The position numbers and the translations under genes are program-made. The notes below the pieces were generated by a model. The model was given only the letters and a program-made list of their open reading frames with translations. It was not told the DNA's origin and made no database searches. A DNA stretch of 62,873 nt, counting the filler, from Vannella sp. (Eukaryota): assembly GCA_023345925.1 (NCBI GenBank). It is 6 parts of 6 records of this genome, joined end to end, with 100 filler letters (N's around TTAATTAATTAA, not from the genome) between each part and the next. Parts side by side here need not be neighbours in the genome. Positions count along the whole stretch, not along the records: positions 1 to 15,884 come from JAJQQN010001447.1; positions 15,985 to 20,910 come from JAJQQN010000433.1; positions 21,011 to 30,402 come from JAJQQN010000998.1; 3 more parts are not named here. The stretch is one strand, 5' to 3'. Shown here one piece after another: positions 10,701-22,718 of this stretch. Position 1 is the first letter of the stretch. Each line of letters opens with the position of its first letter.

Positions 10701-13700
10701 GCTACTTGAGAACCTGGGAGTTCGAACAGACAATTCAAGAAGATAAACTCAAGGAGCTCCTTGCCAACAACCTCCTTCCACTGGGGATTAGCCTCAAGAA
10801 TACGGTATAATAGCCCCATTTGGCCAACCAATACCAAGTCAGTATCTGTCACATCGTTCGTCTCGACAATTGGATGAGAGCGAATGAGCTTGACCACATC
10901 TTTCATCAGTTGTTCGGAACTGAACTGAATCTGCGCGACTAGGGGATGAGGATCGTCAACCTTAAGGAGTGGATTGATCAGCCCAGTCGTCAGCTCAAAA
11001 AACTCATTCACCCCCTGCGATTCGACAGAGAGCAAGGGAAGGAACTCCAATAACAGTGGAATAAACACAGCCCGAGAATCATGGCCCTCATCTGCACTGC
11101 ACAGAGACAAGATGCCTTGAGACATTTTCTCTCGGATGACTTCATCAGATGATTCGAGGATGACTGCTCGAGTAAAGTCCTTCAGCTGAGGGTATTGGTG
11201 GATCACATCACGTAGGTCAGGTTGCGCAGAAAGCAGAGCGAAGAGGAGGGTTCCTGCGTGTTGCACAATGCTGTTCTCATTCCTCGTTTCCTCAAGAGAA
11301 GTTTGAGTGCCCTGGGCAGAGCGCCAAATGATACTGATGAGACGCTCCAACAAGACTTTAAGATCAACCTGTGGATTGAAATCAGCACGGAGGAAACTGC
11401 CTTTGCCGCGCTGCTCCAACAAAAATAGGTTAATCTGCGTCAGGAGCGTGCTGAGGCATTTCTTTGCGAAGCTACCAGTGACGCGATCTTCGTGATGAAG
11501 GAAGATGTTCAAAAGGCGTTCCAAACCGCCATTAGGTACCACAAAGGTGGCCTTCCACTCAGCTTGTGCCTTCAACTTGTCTTCTTCAACATAGTTCTTT
11601 GTTGCAATCTGCGTAATAATCTGCAAAGAGTACAGGAGCTTGAGAGTCGAACTGGTGGGAAGAAGTTGAGTCCAATTAGAGTCATGGTTCATATTCACCA
11701 AGCTCTCGAGGAGACCAGGATTGGTAGGGAGCGCAGTGATCAGCTCCCAGACTTTCCCAGCGACTGCGTCATTAAAATCTAACAGATCAAATAGTTGGCC
11801 AAAGTAAGTCTCACTGGTGGCCAAAAGAAGGCGAGGGGAAACGAGTTCTACAACGGGCAAGAGGGGCTTGGTGGACTTCTCTACAGTGAAAGAGATCGAG
11901 TAGGTAATATTCATCTGTGACAAAGTCCTTTCAGCGTAGGTTTCACGTTCCAAAGACCGTTCGTACTGGTGCAACACAATGTCCTCCGGCGCTACAACAG
12001 CATTCTTTGCAGTTTCCTTGAGGTGCTTTACGATGAGGTTGCACACGTCAAGCAAAGTGCTTCCTCGGTACACAGAAAGAGAAAGAGTGATCTGCTGAGT
12101 TTTCATCACGGCCCTAAGAACAAAAGGTTGCTCCACGGCTACAGGCTTGTATGGTACACCGGGAGCGCCTCTCCCAGGAGCTTCAAACAAGTCCACAAAT
12201 TTACGCAAAAGCGCCAAAGTTCTCTCTACTCTCGGCTGAGCATCCTGGCCTTCGGCGGATGCCGCTTGCAATTCTGCCATAATCTTGGCGATAAGAACCT
12301 CACGCAATTCCTGCTGTTGTGCTTGCAAGGTCGGATCAAGTTGCTCGTATATCGAGCAGAGAAAGGTCACTGCAAGGTCGGTTACTGACTTGTCACGAGC
12401 AACAAAGATGATTTGCCACAACTGGTCGATCCCAACTAAGTCAAGACTCTTGAACTGCAACCGTCGATTGCTGAGACAAATCAATTTGTCTTCTATCCTG
12501 TTAGCTATGCAAAACACCCTCTCGAAGCAGTTGTATGCTGGTGAGGTAAGAGACTGCCAGTCCGTAATGCAAAGCTTTTCCCTGAAAAGGTAAAGGGAAA
12601 GGGCGGGACGAGAGGTCTTCTCACAGAAGGTCGCCATCCAATTCAACGCAAAGGATTGGGCTTCCTCTGTAATGCTGTTGCAAATAAGACAGTCCCAAAG
12701 TGCACCAAGTTGCTCCTGTGTCGGGTGAATGGCCCCGCATTGGGAGAAGAGGTAATCCATGAACTCCAAATACGTTTCGACCCTCTTTTGGTGGGTAAAG
12801 AAGCCTCCTGTTAGCACTCCAACCCGTTGGTCATTCGGCAGCCCAGCAGCCTTTGTTTCAGCGTCAGAGTGATAGTGATTTAAGTCCTTGACCAGCAATT
12901 GGAATAGTCCATGAGACTCTTCAATACGTGCCAGAGCAGCATCTCTGGTCTCGGTGGTTGTCTGGTAGACTCGAACAGGAAATTGGTCAATGATTTGGCG
13001 CAAAATGAGGATAGATTGCGGAGTAGAGGTGTGCGACGCCAAATTGTCCGTGCATTGGTTCAGCAGAGCTCCACAAGATCGAAGGAGTCCCAAGAATCGT
13101 CCAAACACGACCAAGGTGTGCTGAAATACTTCCTCCGAGGCTCCGCCCTGGTCCATAAGTGCCTCCCACATAAGTTTCATTGGGACATTGACTGGTGACA
13201 CCTTTTCGTCACAGCGTTCCGCGAACTCCCCAAGCATAGTCACAAATTCGTTGGTGTACTCCCTCACGGGTAGTTGAACCAGTTTGGCCATCAGATCCTC
13301 CAACAACTCCTCTGAGAAGTTTGGCTCAGGAACCAGCTCAGCAATGATTTGGAAAATAGCGCTCATCACTGGCTCGTCTTTGCCCATACAAGAACGCCAA
13401 AGAGCGTCTAAATGTTCGGTTGTTAACTTTCCGTTGCTTGTGATGAACCTGAATAGGTCATTGGAGCGCTTCAGCAGCTCTTGGTGCATCTTTTCCCCAA
13501 ACAGCTCATCCACAATCTTGTTCTCCTGTATCCACGAGAGGAGAGCGGTAGAGCTAAGCCACTTGGTGGTTGGGATAGCGACACGCGTATGCACAGTGCT
13601 GGGATAGGAGTACCCTGATGCATAGGTTGGTTGATAGCGTGCCGCTGTCTCTTTCCGTGCCACCATCTCGATGAGGCTGTTAATCACCTGCAAGCCTTGT

Positions 13701-14893
13701 AGACGCTTCTCAAGAGATGGAGAACCAAGGCATTTGAGAGATACATCGAGTTGGAAGCGCTCAGTCACCTCTCCAACTTCCTCGCTCAGCATCACATCCA
13801 TCAAGATTGCACTCAGGTGCTCAACAACAGACACCAGAGACGCCTTTGTAGTAGCCTTAAACTCTTCTGCCCCGTAACCAAGGATGAGGTCAAACACTGC
13901 CTCTTTCAGGTCAATCGCAAAAGTAGACAAGAAGGTACTCTTGAAACATTGTCGAATCTTGATGGAAGAGATTGAGCAAGATAAGCCCCACAATGGACGG
14001 AAGGCTTACCTGTTCAATAGCTTTGAGGTAAAAGAGTAAGGTGTCCACTCTAGGCTTGAATTCGGAGTAACTAATACGTTCCAGAATGTCCTTGAAGCCA
14101 CCAATCTCCCCAAAGTGGTTGATAAGGTCCACCAACATGTCTGGTTTAGCGAGGTGTTTCTTGGGGAAAGGTCAGAGTCCCACAAGAGAACGTTGGAGGG
14201 GATTCTTACGGGAGGAGAAGCAAACTTCCCTCTGTCTTCCTCTGCCAGCGGGGAATCCGCACTTGGGCTGAAGGCCACATCCTAGACGGCATTGCGTTAA
14301 CATCAAATGAGACGAAAAAGGTCTGCGTACCCCAGACTGCGTGTTGTGGGAGCCGCTCGTGTATCCTCCGCTCAAACGGTTGCGTCCTATGTAGAACTTC
14401 GCGTCCTCAGCGAATATCTCTACCAGTAACTGGAGCAGGATAGCTTGGTCTTCGTAGATTCTCGCCACGATGAGAGTCAACACGTCACGCAGGAAGACGA
14501 AGCACAAATCCCTCTCGTTCTGAGGGACGATCCTAGACCACACGGTGAGCGACTCCCTCCATGAACAGGAAGAGGAAAGAATAAAGCAGATTAATGGGTA
14601 CAAGAGGGGAGGACAACACCCACCTCCGACGGAGAACGTTGCGAACGAGGACCGGCAAGAGTTGCTTGTGAAAGTGAGAAACAACTTCTTCCTCTTCTTC
14701 AGAGACCAGAGCTTCATCCCGATCGGCCAGATCTCTACTCAGTGAGACGTATTCATGAGCTTCACCGAGTATGATATAAAACCGGTCATCTTCAACAGCG
14801 CATCAGCCCACGCACAGGAAACACGAAACACTCCAGTAACTCACCTGCAAAGCTTTGACCCCACTTCTTGATCGCCTCCAAAGCCCGTGTCAT
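7733..14893 (-). CDS. Large ubiquitin-specific protease, USP9X/USP24/USP34-like (multi-exon)
   Basis: Cys box GILNLGCICYMNS, QMDADEFF, His box HRGVADSGHYYSF and WLEFND. Long helical N-terminus (SLEKRLQGL, LINHFGEIGGF). 5' exons are approximate. Confidence 0.92.
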
Positions 14894-15019
14894 CGCTATT
14901 CCACTCAAAGAAGGCGCGAGCAAGCGGGAAGGGTCGACGACTCCCTTAAGGACAGATAAAATGGGTTCCAAAGGCCTTCATTCGATGTAATTCCGGTATT
15001 TAAAAGAGTTTATTTGCTC

Positions 15020-15553
15020 ATGGACGGGTGCACTTGCCCTTGCCCTCACTGCTCTTGGCAGAAGGTGTATGGGGCTTGGTATGGTGCTCGTGGGGGGCAA
15101 GGACTGGCATCTGGATATCTATATGGGGGGAATGCTTATGGTGGGGTGGCTTCTGGAGTGCCTGCGGGGTGGGGAATGCCTGTTTGGCAAGCTCCAGCTC
15201 CGGTTGAAAGGGCTCCTGCTCAGGAGGAGGTTTCTACAGAGGTAGAAGCTCCTTCCTTTATTAGTTCTGAGCTGGTGTATCTATTTGCCAACAGTACCCG
15301 CCGAAAGCGGCGGAGGGAAGCAAGAGAACAAGAGAAATCACCCAGCAAGAGAGGAAGGAGGGACTCCTCTCAGCCACTGACAACAGAAGATGTCAGAGAA
15401 GATATCAACACACAACAAACGACTAGAAAAACGGACTTTGGACCAGCAACAAGAGAGATCCGGTACTTGGAAGCCGCCATGGATGCAAGATATGACGAGA
15501 ATGTCCATCAGCGGAGGCCCATTGTCTGGCCAGAGGTTGCGGCACGTCATTAA
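15020..15553 (+). CDS. GEMIN8: Gemin8-like SMN-complex subunit
   Basis: ISSELVYLFANSTRRKRRRE and C-terminal FGPATREIRYLEAAMDARYDENVHQRRPIVWP follow the Gemin8 pattern (ITEEL..F..T.RHR; YG..A..I..MEAA.Q..FD......P..WP). Confidence 0.7.
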   Translation: MDGCTCPCPHCSWQKVYGAWYGARGGQGLASGYLYGGNAYGGVASGVPAGWGMPVWQAPAPVERAPAQEEVSTEVEAPSFISSELVYLFANSTRRKRRREAREQEKSPSKRGRRDSSQPLTTEDVREDINTQQTTRKTDFGPATREIRYLEAAMDARYDENVHQRRPIVWPEVAARH

Positions 15554-15562
15554 AGGCCATAT

Positions 15563-15884
15563 CTAACGTGACTCGAACTTTATGATGTCCAGAAGGATCA
15601 CAATCGTGCTCACCACCGCAATCACCAATCCAAACGATATCACTAGCACAGGAGCTACCTTCTGCTTCCAAGTAGTGCCCGGACGCTAACTCTCATCAGT
15701 AACAGCGCAAAGAGGAATCCCACCAACTCACAGAAAGGTGCAAAACCGCCGGAAATATGAAAACCTGGAAAGAGCTGGTCAAAGACCCCACCAGGCCAAA
15801 AACCAAGCTGATAGAAGGAATCGCAACATTCAGTATCCAACAGAGAACTGCTGCGACGACGGTCTCCACCACATATCGTAGATA
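15563..15884 (-). CDS. 3' end of an amino-acid transporter (AAAP/SLC38-like), truncated by the contig edge
   Basis: Not in the ORF track in this frame. Reads YLRYVVETVVAAVLCWILNVAIPSISLVFGLVGSLTSSFQVFIFPAVLHLS, then a GTGAGT..TAG intron, then RPGTTWKQKVAPVLVISFGLVIAVVSTIVILLDIIKFESR*. Confidence 0.75.
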
Positions 15885-15984
15885 NNNNNNNNNNNNNNNN
15901 NNNNNNNNNNNNNNNNNNNNNNNNNNNNTTAATTAATTAANNNNNNNNNNNNNNNNNNNNNNNNNNNNNNNNNNNNNNNNNNNN
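15885..15984. other. Artificial contig spacer (N44-TTAATTAATTAA-N44)
   Basis: Identical 100-nt unit with stops in all six frames, found five times in the window. Confidence 0.98.
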
Positions 15985-16477
15985 CTCCTCTTCCTCCAAA
16001 TTCCCTTCCCCAAAGGAGATGCGGCGGGAAGTGTCCATCATGCGAGGAGGAACTCAAATAATGAGGAGCAAAAGAAAGAAAAAGATCAGTCCCAGCAGTC
16101 AGACCGCATTCAGGACAATGGACTTTCTTCTTCCAGGACCAGTCAGGACATGGAAGGGCCCGCTCAGTGGGTTGTTTTTAAGTGCCTTTGAATAGCCCAG
16201 TCAGGCAACTTGTTGGAAACGATCAAAAACTCTTCACACTTCAGTCAGACTTATGAGAATCCTGATTCCTTCTTGCATAGTCCCAGTCCTCGCAACATTG
16301 TCACCGCTAACTGGTGTTTGGTGGAGAGCTCAGGCCCCAAAGTAAACCGTCCGCCGGGCTACGTTGATAAGAGTGTCATTGGTTTACCTCCCTCCGTCCA
16401 CCACGAGATGTGTGAGGCAATTGGCTCTTGGTTGAAGGTTAAGTTGGTTGCATGACGTCATTGCTGTATCAGGGGGA

Positions 16478-17041
16478 ATGAGAGAGGAGGGATTGGCAAG
16501 ACCAACGTTGGCGTTGTTCCCAGAGTACTTGAGTATGATAGAAGCTTCTGTGGCCTCTGGCGAGGGTGACACTGGCTATCAGTTGGCACCTCCAGAGTAC
16601 ATAGCCCCCGACCCAGAGGACTTTCTAATGAGGTTAGCATCGTTGGAGCTCGGCAAGGACCTCCCTCAAGGTTGGGTACCGATGACCACGCGATGGCTAC
16701 TCGATGAAGATGGACACGTTGTAGGAGAGACTCGCCTCCGCCATCTGAACCCTTCTTTGGAGCTTGTGGGCGGCCACATCGGCTACTTCATCCACCCCGC
16801 TCACCGAGGGCGCGGTCTAGGACACGTCATCCTTCGCCTGTCCCTCCTCCTCCTCACTGAGAAGGGACTGCCCTCCATCCTCATCACCAGCTACGAGGAC
16901 AACCAGCCCAGCCAGCGCGTCATCGAACGTGCCGGAGGCACCTTCACACATCATACAACCTGCCCCTCTACTAGCAAGCTCGTCCGCCACTACGTAGTGA
17001 AGCTCCACCAAGACCAAGACGTGACGGAGAGCAGCCAATAA
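16478..17041 (+). CDS. GNAT acetyltransferase, bacterial COG3981-like, intronless
   Basis: LPQGWVPMTTRWL, VGETRLRH.LN..L...GGHIGY.I.P..RGRG and LIT..EDN..S.RVIE..GG, the pattern of this bacterial family. Confidence 0.88.
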   Translation: MREEGLARPTLALFPEYLSMIEASVASGEGDTGYQLAPPEYIAPDPEDFLMRLASLELGKDLPQGWVPMTTRWLLDEDGHVVGETRLRHLNPSLELVGGHIGYFIHPAHRGRGLGHVILRLSLLLLTEKGLPSILITSYEDNQPSQRVIERAGGTFTHHTTCPSTSKLVRHYVVKLHQDQDVTESSQ

Positions 17042-17094
17042 CAACCCTTTGACCATCCTCTGTCCTCACTCTTTGGGGGATCGTTGGGACGAAC

Positions 17095-19933
17095 ATGCCT
17101 ACGGAGAGTATGGCTTCGAGTGAGTCCAAACGGATGGCAGAGAAGGTAGGTAGTACACTTTGGTTGACAAGGGGAGAGAGAGTGAGAGCAGGGCTGACTT
17201 GTACTCAGTACGACAGCCACTTGGATCAAGAAGTGAGGAATTGGCTCAGTGCTGTGGCTGACCTTCCTGTGGACCATTCTACGCCATTGTGTGAGGAACT
17301 GAAGAGTGGTGTGGTGCTCTGCAAGTAAGCAGACAACCTCCTTTGCTCGGGGCGCTGACACCTTGTGCAAAGGGTCGTCAACATCATCAGGCCCGGCTCC
17401 GTAGCTCCCGTGTACGAAGGATCTTTACCATTTAAGCAAATGGAGAACATCACGCGCTATCTTACAGCCTGCCAGCTCCTCGGGATGAAGCCGAGCAACC
17501 TCTTCCAGACTGGTACGCCTTCTATCGCCCTCCCCCGCTATTCAGTGACATTCGCCTCTTCGTAGTGGATCTGTTTGAGGGAAAGAACCCCGTGCAAGTG
17601 CTCAACAACATCAATCATCTCGCCTTCCTTGCCAGCGGGATTCCTTCGTACACAGGCCCCCGCAAAGTGAACAGCGCAGCTTCTCCAATGCCTACGAGAG
17701 ATAGAAACAGATCTTCGCCTTCTACTGAGCCTAGAGAGAGGCCATTCACTCCACCAGTCTCTCCTTCGCCCGCTTTCTCACCTTCCCCTTCTGTTGCTTC
17801 CTCCCCCTCCACTCCCAAGCCATTTGTGTTCAACTCTACCCTCTCTTTTGTTGGAGCCAGGCCAGAAGCTGCCAGACCGAAGAAGCCAGTCCAAGATAGC
17901 CCCAAGCGTGGGTCTTGGCGTCGTCCTTCCATCGTTCTTGAAGAGGCCCGCAAGGCTCCTCCACGTGTGGCATCTGTATCCAGTCTAGAAGATGACTTGG
18001 TTACTAAGCAGATGTTCAAACACGACCCAGAAGCAGAGAGGGCTGTCGTAGAGTGGTTGGAGGGAGTCGTCCAACAGAAGAAACAGGGCTCACTGCATGA
18101 ATGGCTCAAGAGTGGAGTAGTTCTATGTAATCTTCTCAATGTCATTCGACCTGGCTCTGTCAAACCACCAGTTGAGAGCCCTATTGCCTTCAAACAGCGA
18201 GAGAACATAGTGTCTTATCTGGAAGCATGCCAAAAGAGGTTCATGATCAGTCCTACTTCTCTCTTTCAAACCGTAGACTTGTTTGAAGAAAAGGACATGA
18301 ATCTGGTCGTCACCTCTCTTCACTATTTAGCGAAAGAAGTTGGAAAGCACAAAGACTACAAAGGCCCTGCCATCCGCCAAGTTGTAGCTTCGGCAGACAA
18401 TGTCCTGATTAATAGCTCCTTTGTGAGCGGCCTCTTACCTGTCAACCAACCTGCGGAAATCAGTCAGGAGGAGGAGGAGCTGGTGGCATGGGTAAATAGT
18501 CACTTAAAGGAGCAAAATATGGCTATCAGCCGTCTGGCAAGCGACCTCCGCGATGGAGTTATGCTGATTAGGTTGTTGGAAACGTTGACAGGTACTCAAC
18601 GATTGGGAGTGAGCATGACTAAGCCAGAGAACCTCTGGCAAGCAATGCAGAATGCGTCTTTGCTTTTGCAATTCATTCAACAGCAAACCAACGAACCAGT
18701 TCAGGTCTGTCGAGGTCAGCAGCTAACAACGGGCCAGTTGAGACCCATTATTGAGCTTCTACTCCTTGTTAGAAACAAGTTTGACCGCGACTTTGTCTTC
18801 AAATCACAAAACTGTGAGTCCCAAACCTTTCCCGCTTTTCTCCTGTTACTAATGAATCGAACAAAGTGACCATCGATAGCTGCCGTGCGAAGATTCTCGA
18901 GGAGCTTCTCGAGACAGAGAGAACTTACGTCTCCCAGCTCCACACTTTGGTTCATGTAAGCCTCGCCAACAGCTTAAGCGTGTGAAGTCTCATCAACTCC
19001 AAGGACATTATCGTGCCAGCAAAACAAGGCGATGCTATGCCAGAGCAAGAGATTGTCCAGATCTTCGCTAATACGGAAGATATTCTTTTGTTCAATCAAG
19101 CAATGTTCGGGGAGCTTCAAGAGCGCGTGAGCCGAAGCTTGGACCACCCTGAAACTGTCTTATCAGATATCTTCCTCTCCAGAGACCAGTTCCTGCCACT
19201 TTACAGCCTTTATTTGAATAACTATGACATGGCCACTTTGATGCTCAAGTTCAATAGGAAAAAGTTCAAGCCTTTCAAGAAACTCCTCAAGGCCTTTGAG
19301 GCTGACCAAGCTTCCAAGCCCAACGGATTGGAGCTGGAATCTTTCCTTATCACACCAGTTCAGAGAATGCCTCGGTATCTACTGCTGCTCAAGGAGCTTT
19401 TCAAGTATACTCCCAACAACCATCCGGACTACGAAGGGCTACAAAAGACTTTGGAGTATCTTACTGCGTTACTCACCGCTTTGAATGAGAGCAAGCGCCA
19501 TACTGAGAGTACAAACACGTCTCATAAGATTCTTACAATTGACAAGAGTATGCTCTATGAGATGGACGACTTTGAAGGCATTGTCCACCCTCAACGAAAG
19601 TATCTCTTCGAGGGGGTGCTCAAATGGGAGGACATGGAGGAAGAGGCTGAGAACCCTTATTGGTTCCTCTTCAATGACATTCTGGTCTTTTGTGCTGATC
19701 TCAGCACAGATCCGAACGCACCGCCAGAGAAGCAGTTCCGTTACATCACTTTGATGCCTTTGAAGTTCATTGATAGTGTCACTGATAATTCCAGCACTCC
19801 CCTTAGCTTTGACCTCGCCATGGATGACGAGATCATCACGTTGGAAGCTTTATCTGCCGATAGTAAGACAGAATGGATGAACCGAATCACATCGGCCAAG
19901 GCAGGAGGCGCTGACTTGGACCTTGTTTGGTAA
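17095..19933 (+). CDS. Multi-calponin-homology RhoGEF (CH-ProSer-CH-CH-DH-PH)
   Basis: Two LKSGVVLC calponin-type CH domains, a third CH (LRDGVMLIRLLE), a DH domain (FLITPVQRMPRYLLLLKEL) and a PH domain (FLFNDIL...EWMNRI). Several short introns. Confidence 0.9.
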
Positions 19934-19989
19934 AGGGTTCAATAAAGAGATTTATCAACCACTTGCACCCCTTCCATGATTGGCTGACA

Positions 19990-20910
19990 TTAGAGGCCAT
20001 CGTCTTCAATGCTTTCATAAGTGATTCTGCGGGTCTTCTTGTAGTAAACTGCGCCCGCTACTCCGGCTGCAATGAGAATTGCGACCACAATCAGACAGAA
20101 TAACACTCCAATAATGATCCAGTTGATGCTGTACTGAGAGCGGGGAGCTCCCTCGAGAGTGCAGGTAGATCCAATGTCACTGTGAGTGTTGTGAATGCTT
20201 CCATCAATGGTGACAGCGTCGTCGCCATCGAATTGGACGACCAGTTTGTCAGATTTGGTTTCAACAATGCAGTCCACAGCCAAGAAATCCTTGTTTTCAG
20301 CTCCAGAGGCCAACAAAGAAAAGAATGTGAGCTGCGATACGGACAAGAAACTTGGGCTTCGAACAAGAATGTTGGTTCCATTTCCACCAGAGAAGCTGGA
20401 TTCTTCTACGAGAGCATCTTCTATTTTACCATCTAAAGAGATGTCAGAGGCCCCCACACCAATATTATCCTGGAACTGGGACTGCTTTACTCGGAAGCTG
20501 GGAACATTGTTGGCATAAATAGCCCCTGCTTGAGTGGCTGAGTTTCCAGTAAACTGGCAGTTCCACAAATTGACTATTTGACAATCAATAACCACCACAG
20601 CGCCAGCAGTGCTCGCAAAGTTCTTGGAAAAGTTCGAATAACTGACTTGGGCAATGCCGATTCCAAGGAAGTGGATAGGAGGAACATTGGTCGTGGGACT
20701 GACAGAAGCAGAATTGAAGATGCAGTCCCAAACGTTGATAGCACTCGCAATCAATCCAACCTGTTCAAAGCTGAAGATTCCTGGAGAGTTCGCCAGTCCA
20801 AGATAGCTCGAAGGAAGGATGGTATTGAGAGCAACGTTCCAGTTGCCCCCTTTAACCACCAATGCGCCGCCTTGGTTGTTGTAGATGGAGCACTTCTCGA
20901 AAGTACCGTC
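19990..20910 (-). CDS. 3' part of a single-pass cell-surface protein with beta-helix (FxxNxA..GA) repeats; 5' truncated
   Basis: FSKNFASTAGAV, FTGNSATQAGAI and FQDNIGVGAS repeats, a C-terminal TM, and a short tail containing YESI. Confidence 0.75.
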   Translation of the reverse strand, partial: DGTFEKCSIYNNQGGALVVKGGNWNVALNTILPSSYLGLANSPGIFSFEQVGLIASAINVWDCIFNSASVSPTTNVPPIHFLGIGIAQVSYSNFSKNFASTAGAVVVIDCQIVNLWNCQFTGNSATQAGAIYANNVPSFRVKQSQFQDNIGVGASDISLDGKIEDALVEESSFSGGNGTNILVRSPSFLSVSQLTFFSLLASGAENKDFLAVDCIVETKSDKLVVQFDGDDAVTIDGSIHNTHSDIGSTCTLEGAPRSQYSINWIIIGVLFCLIVVAILIAAGVAGAVYYKKTRRITYESIEDDGL

Positions 20911-21010
20911 NNNNNNNNNNNNNNNNNNNNNNNNNNNNNNNNNNNNNNNNNNNNTTAATTAATTAANNNNNNNNNNNNNNNNNNNNNNNNNNNNNNNNNN
21001 NNNNNNNNNN
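20911..21010. other. Artificial contig spacer
   Basis: N44-TTAATTAATTAA-N44. Confidence 0.98.
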
Positions 21011-22066
21011 GTGACCGAGACCGAGTTGACCTTCTCTGTTGTTTCCAAAAGCCAAAAGGGCCCCTTCGAGGGAGAGGAGGAGCGTGTGGTTGCCAACGGG
21101 CATTCCAATGAATGGGGGAAAGGAGGGAAAGGAAAACAAAGGGCCTTGCCAAGGGGAAGGAAGGGAACCTCATCTTTCCTGCCTTCAGGCTTGCAGGGAC
21201 GTCAAAAGGGAAGAAGGTCTTCGAGAGGGAAGATCCAACAAAGGGCGGAATCTCCATTGCGGCTGTTCCTTTGCTTTGCCTACCACTCATTCACACTCAT
21301 TCACGCTTTGGCCTTCTTTTGAAGGTCCTGGTTGCGCAGGTGGTCGCCTTGCCTCGTGGATTTTCTCTGTCTTCGATTTGTTGGAAAGAACGTGCTCACA
21401 ACGCTTCTTGCAAAGGTGATGAGAGAAGGTCAAATGCAACTGCATGTTGGGGACTTCCTTCAGAACCACGCTCTCCCACAAACTGGCACTTTCCGAAAGG
21501 AGTGATTGGGAGTGGGAAGTGGCGAAAGAGCCTTTGATGAGGAGCCGTACTTTGTGCGCTTTTCGAAGGCCGTTGACAGGACGCTCCTAATCTCAAGGTT
21601 TGCAAACCAACGCGGCACTCGAGCGTCCACATGAAGGGGATTCAATCAAAATCGTATCTACTGACAATAGCTCCCTCCTGATTGGCTTGAATCATTTACA
21701 GGAAACAGGAATTCTTAGAGAAATGGATTTGGACTTGGTCTTTGACTTAGGTTGCAAGGAAAAGCCTTTGTCCAATAAGCTCATTTCTCCACAATTGAGT
21801 GACCCGGAGTTCGAGGATGTAGGAAGAAAGAAAACGAGCTTCAACTTGTGAGCAAAACTCCTTCTCCATGGATGAACCAATAAAGATAACTGACCGCTTT
21901 GACGAGCCGTAGGATTAGAGAGGCGGACACAAAGCAGAAGGCGAAAAGAAAGAGGGAAAATACTTGAATCGAACAACGTTCAGAGTCAAGTAAATCAAAG
22001 GAGAGGTGGCTAAGCTCCCTTTTTTCGAAAAATCAGGAAAAGGTCACGGGAACGGGGTGGGGTGCA

Positions 22067-22558
22067 ATGAGCAGGGTGCAAATCCTCATTTCTATGGCAA
22101 CCTCTCTCGTGTTGACTGCCCCGGAGATCATCACCATCAATGGAAGCTTCGATTTGAAGAAAAAAGACGGGTCTACAATGGATACCCTTTGTGCCTTGTT
22201 TAACGTGCCTTACAGCGCCGACATCCAGCTTGTTGCTGATTTTGTGGACTTGGGAGGCAACTATGAAGATCGCGTGTGGAGCTTTCGTATCGAGGATTCC
22301 GCTGCATCGTTGAGACAGCTCAATATCAACTTCCAAGGATCATCTCAACTGCTCTCCTGGACGACAAAATGTGCGACATTTGCCTTACCTCAGCTTTTTG
22401 AGTATCGAGACGTGGCGGAGGAACGCTGGGCAGGGGATTTGGGCAAAGTTTTTGGAAGGAAGAAGACGAAATACATCTCCAAACCCTTTCCCCGAGCTCT
22501 GACAGCGGTAGAACTGGATGCAATTCGCAACCATCTGACCGTCTCCCTTGGAAACTAA
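22067..22558 (+). CDS. Hypothetical protein, 163 aa
   Basis: ATG-started intronless ORF with globular-looking composition; no motif recognised. Confidence 0.45.
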   Translation: MSRVQILISMATSLVLTAPEIITINGSFDLKKKDGSTMDTLCALFNVPYSADIQLVADFVDLGGNYEDRVWSFRIEDSAASLRQLNINFQGSSQLLSWTTKCATFALPQLFEYRDVAEERWAGDLGKVFGRKKTKYISKPFPRALTAVELDAIRNHLTVSLGN

Positions 22559-22718
22559 AAAATTGGACTTTCCCGAATCGTTCCGGACTTTCCGGATTCT
22601 TTTCTTCTATAGATGAGTTCAAGTCATTCCCATACCCTCCAAACAACCTGAACTACCTAAACGCAAGCTCCGCTTGTGGAAGTCTTCATCAAACAAGTTT
22701 GTTCATTGGATCCAGATT

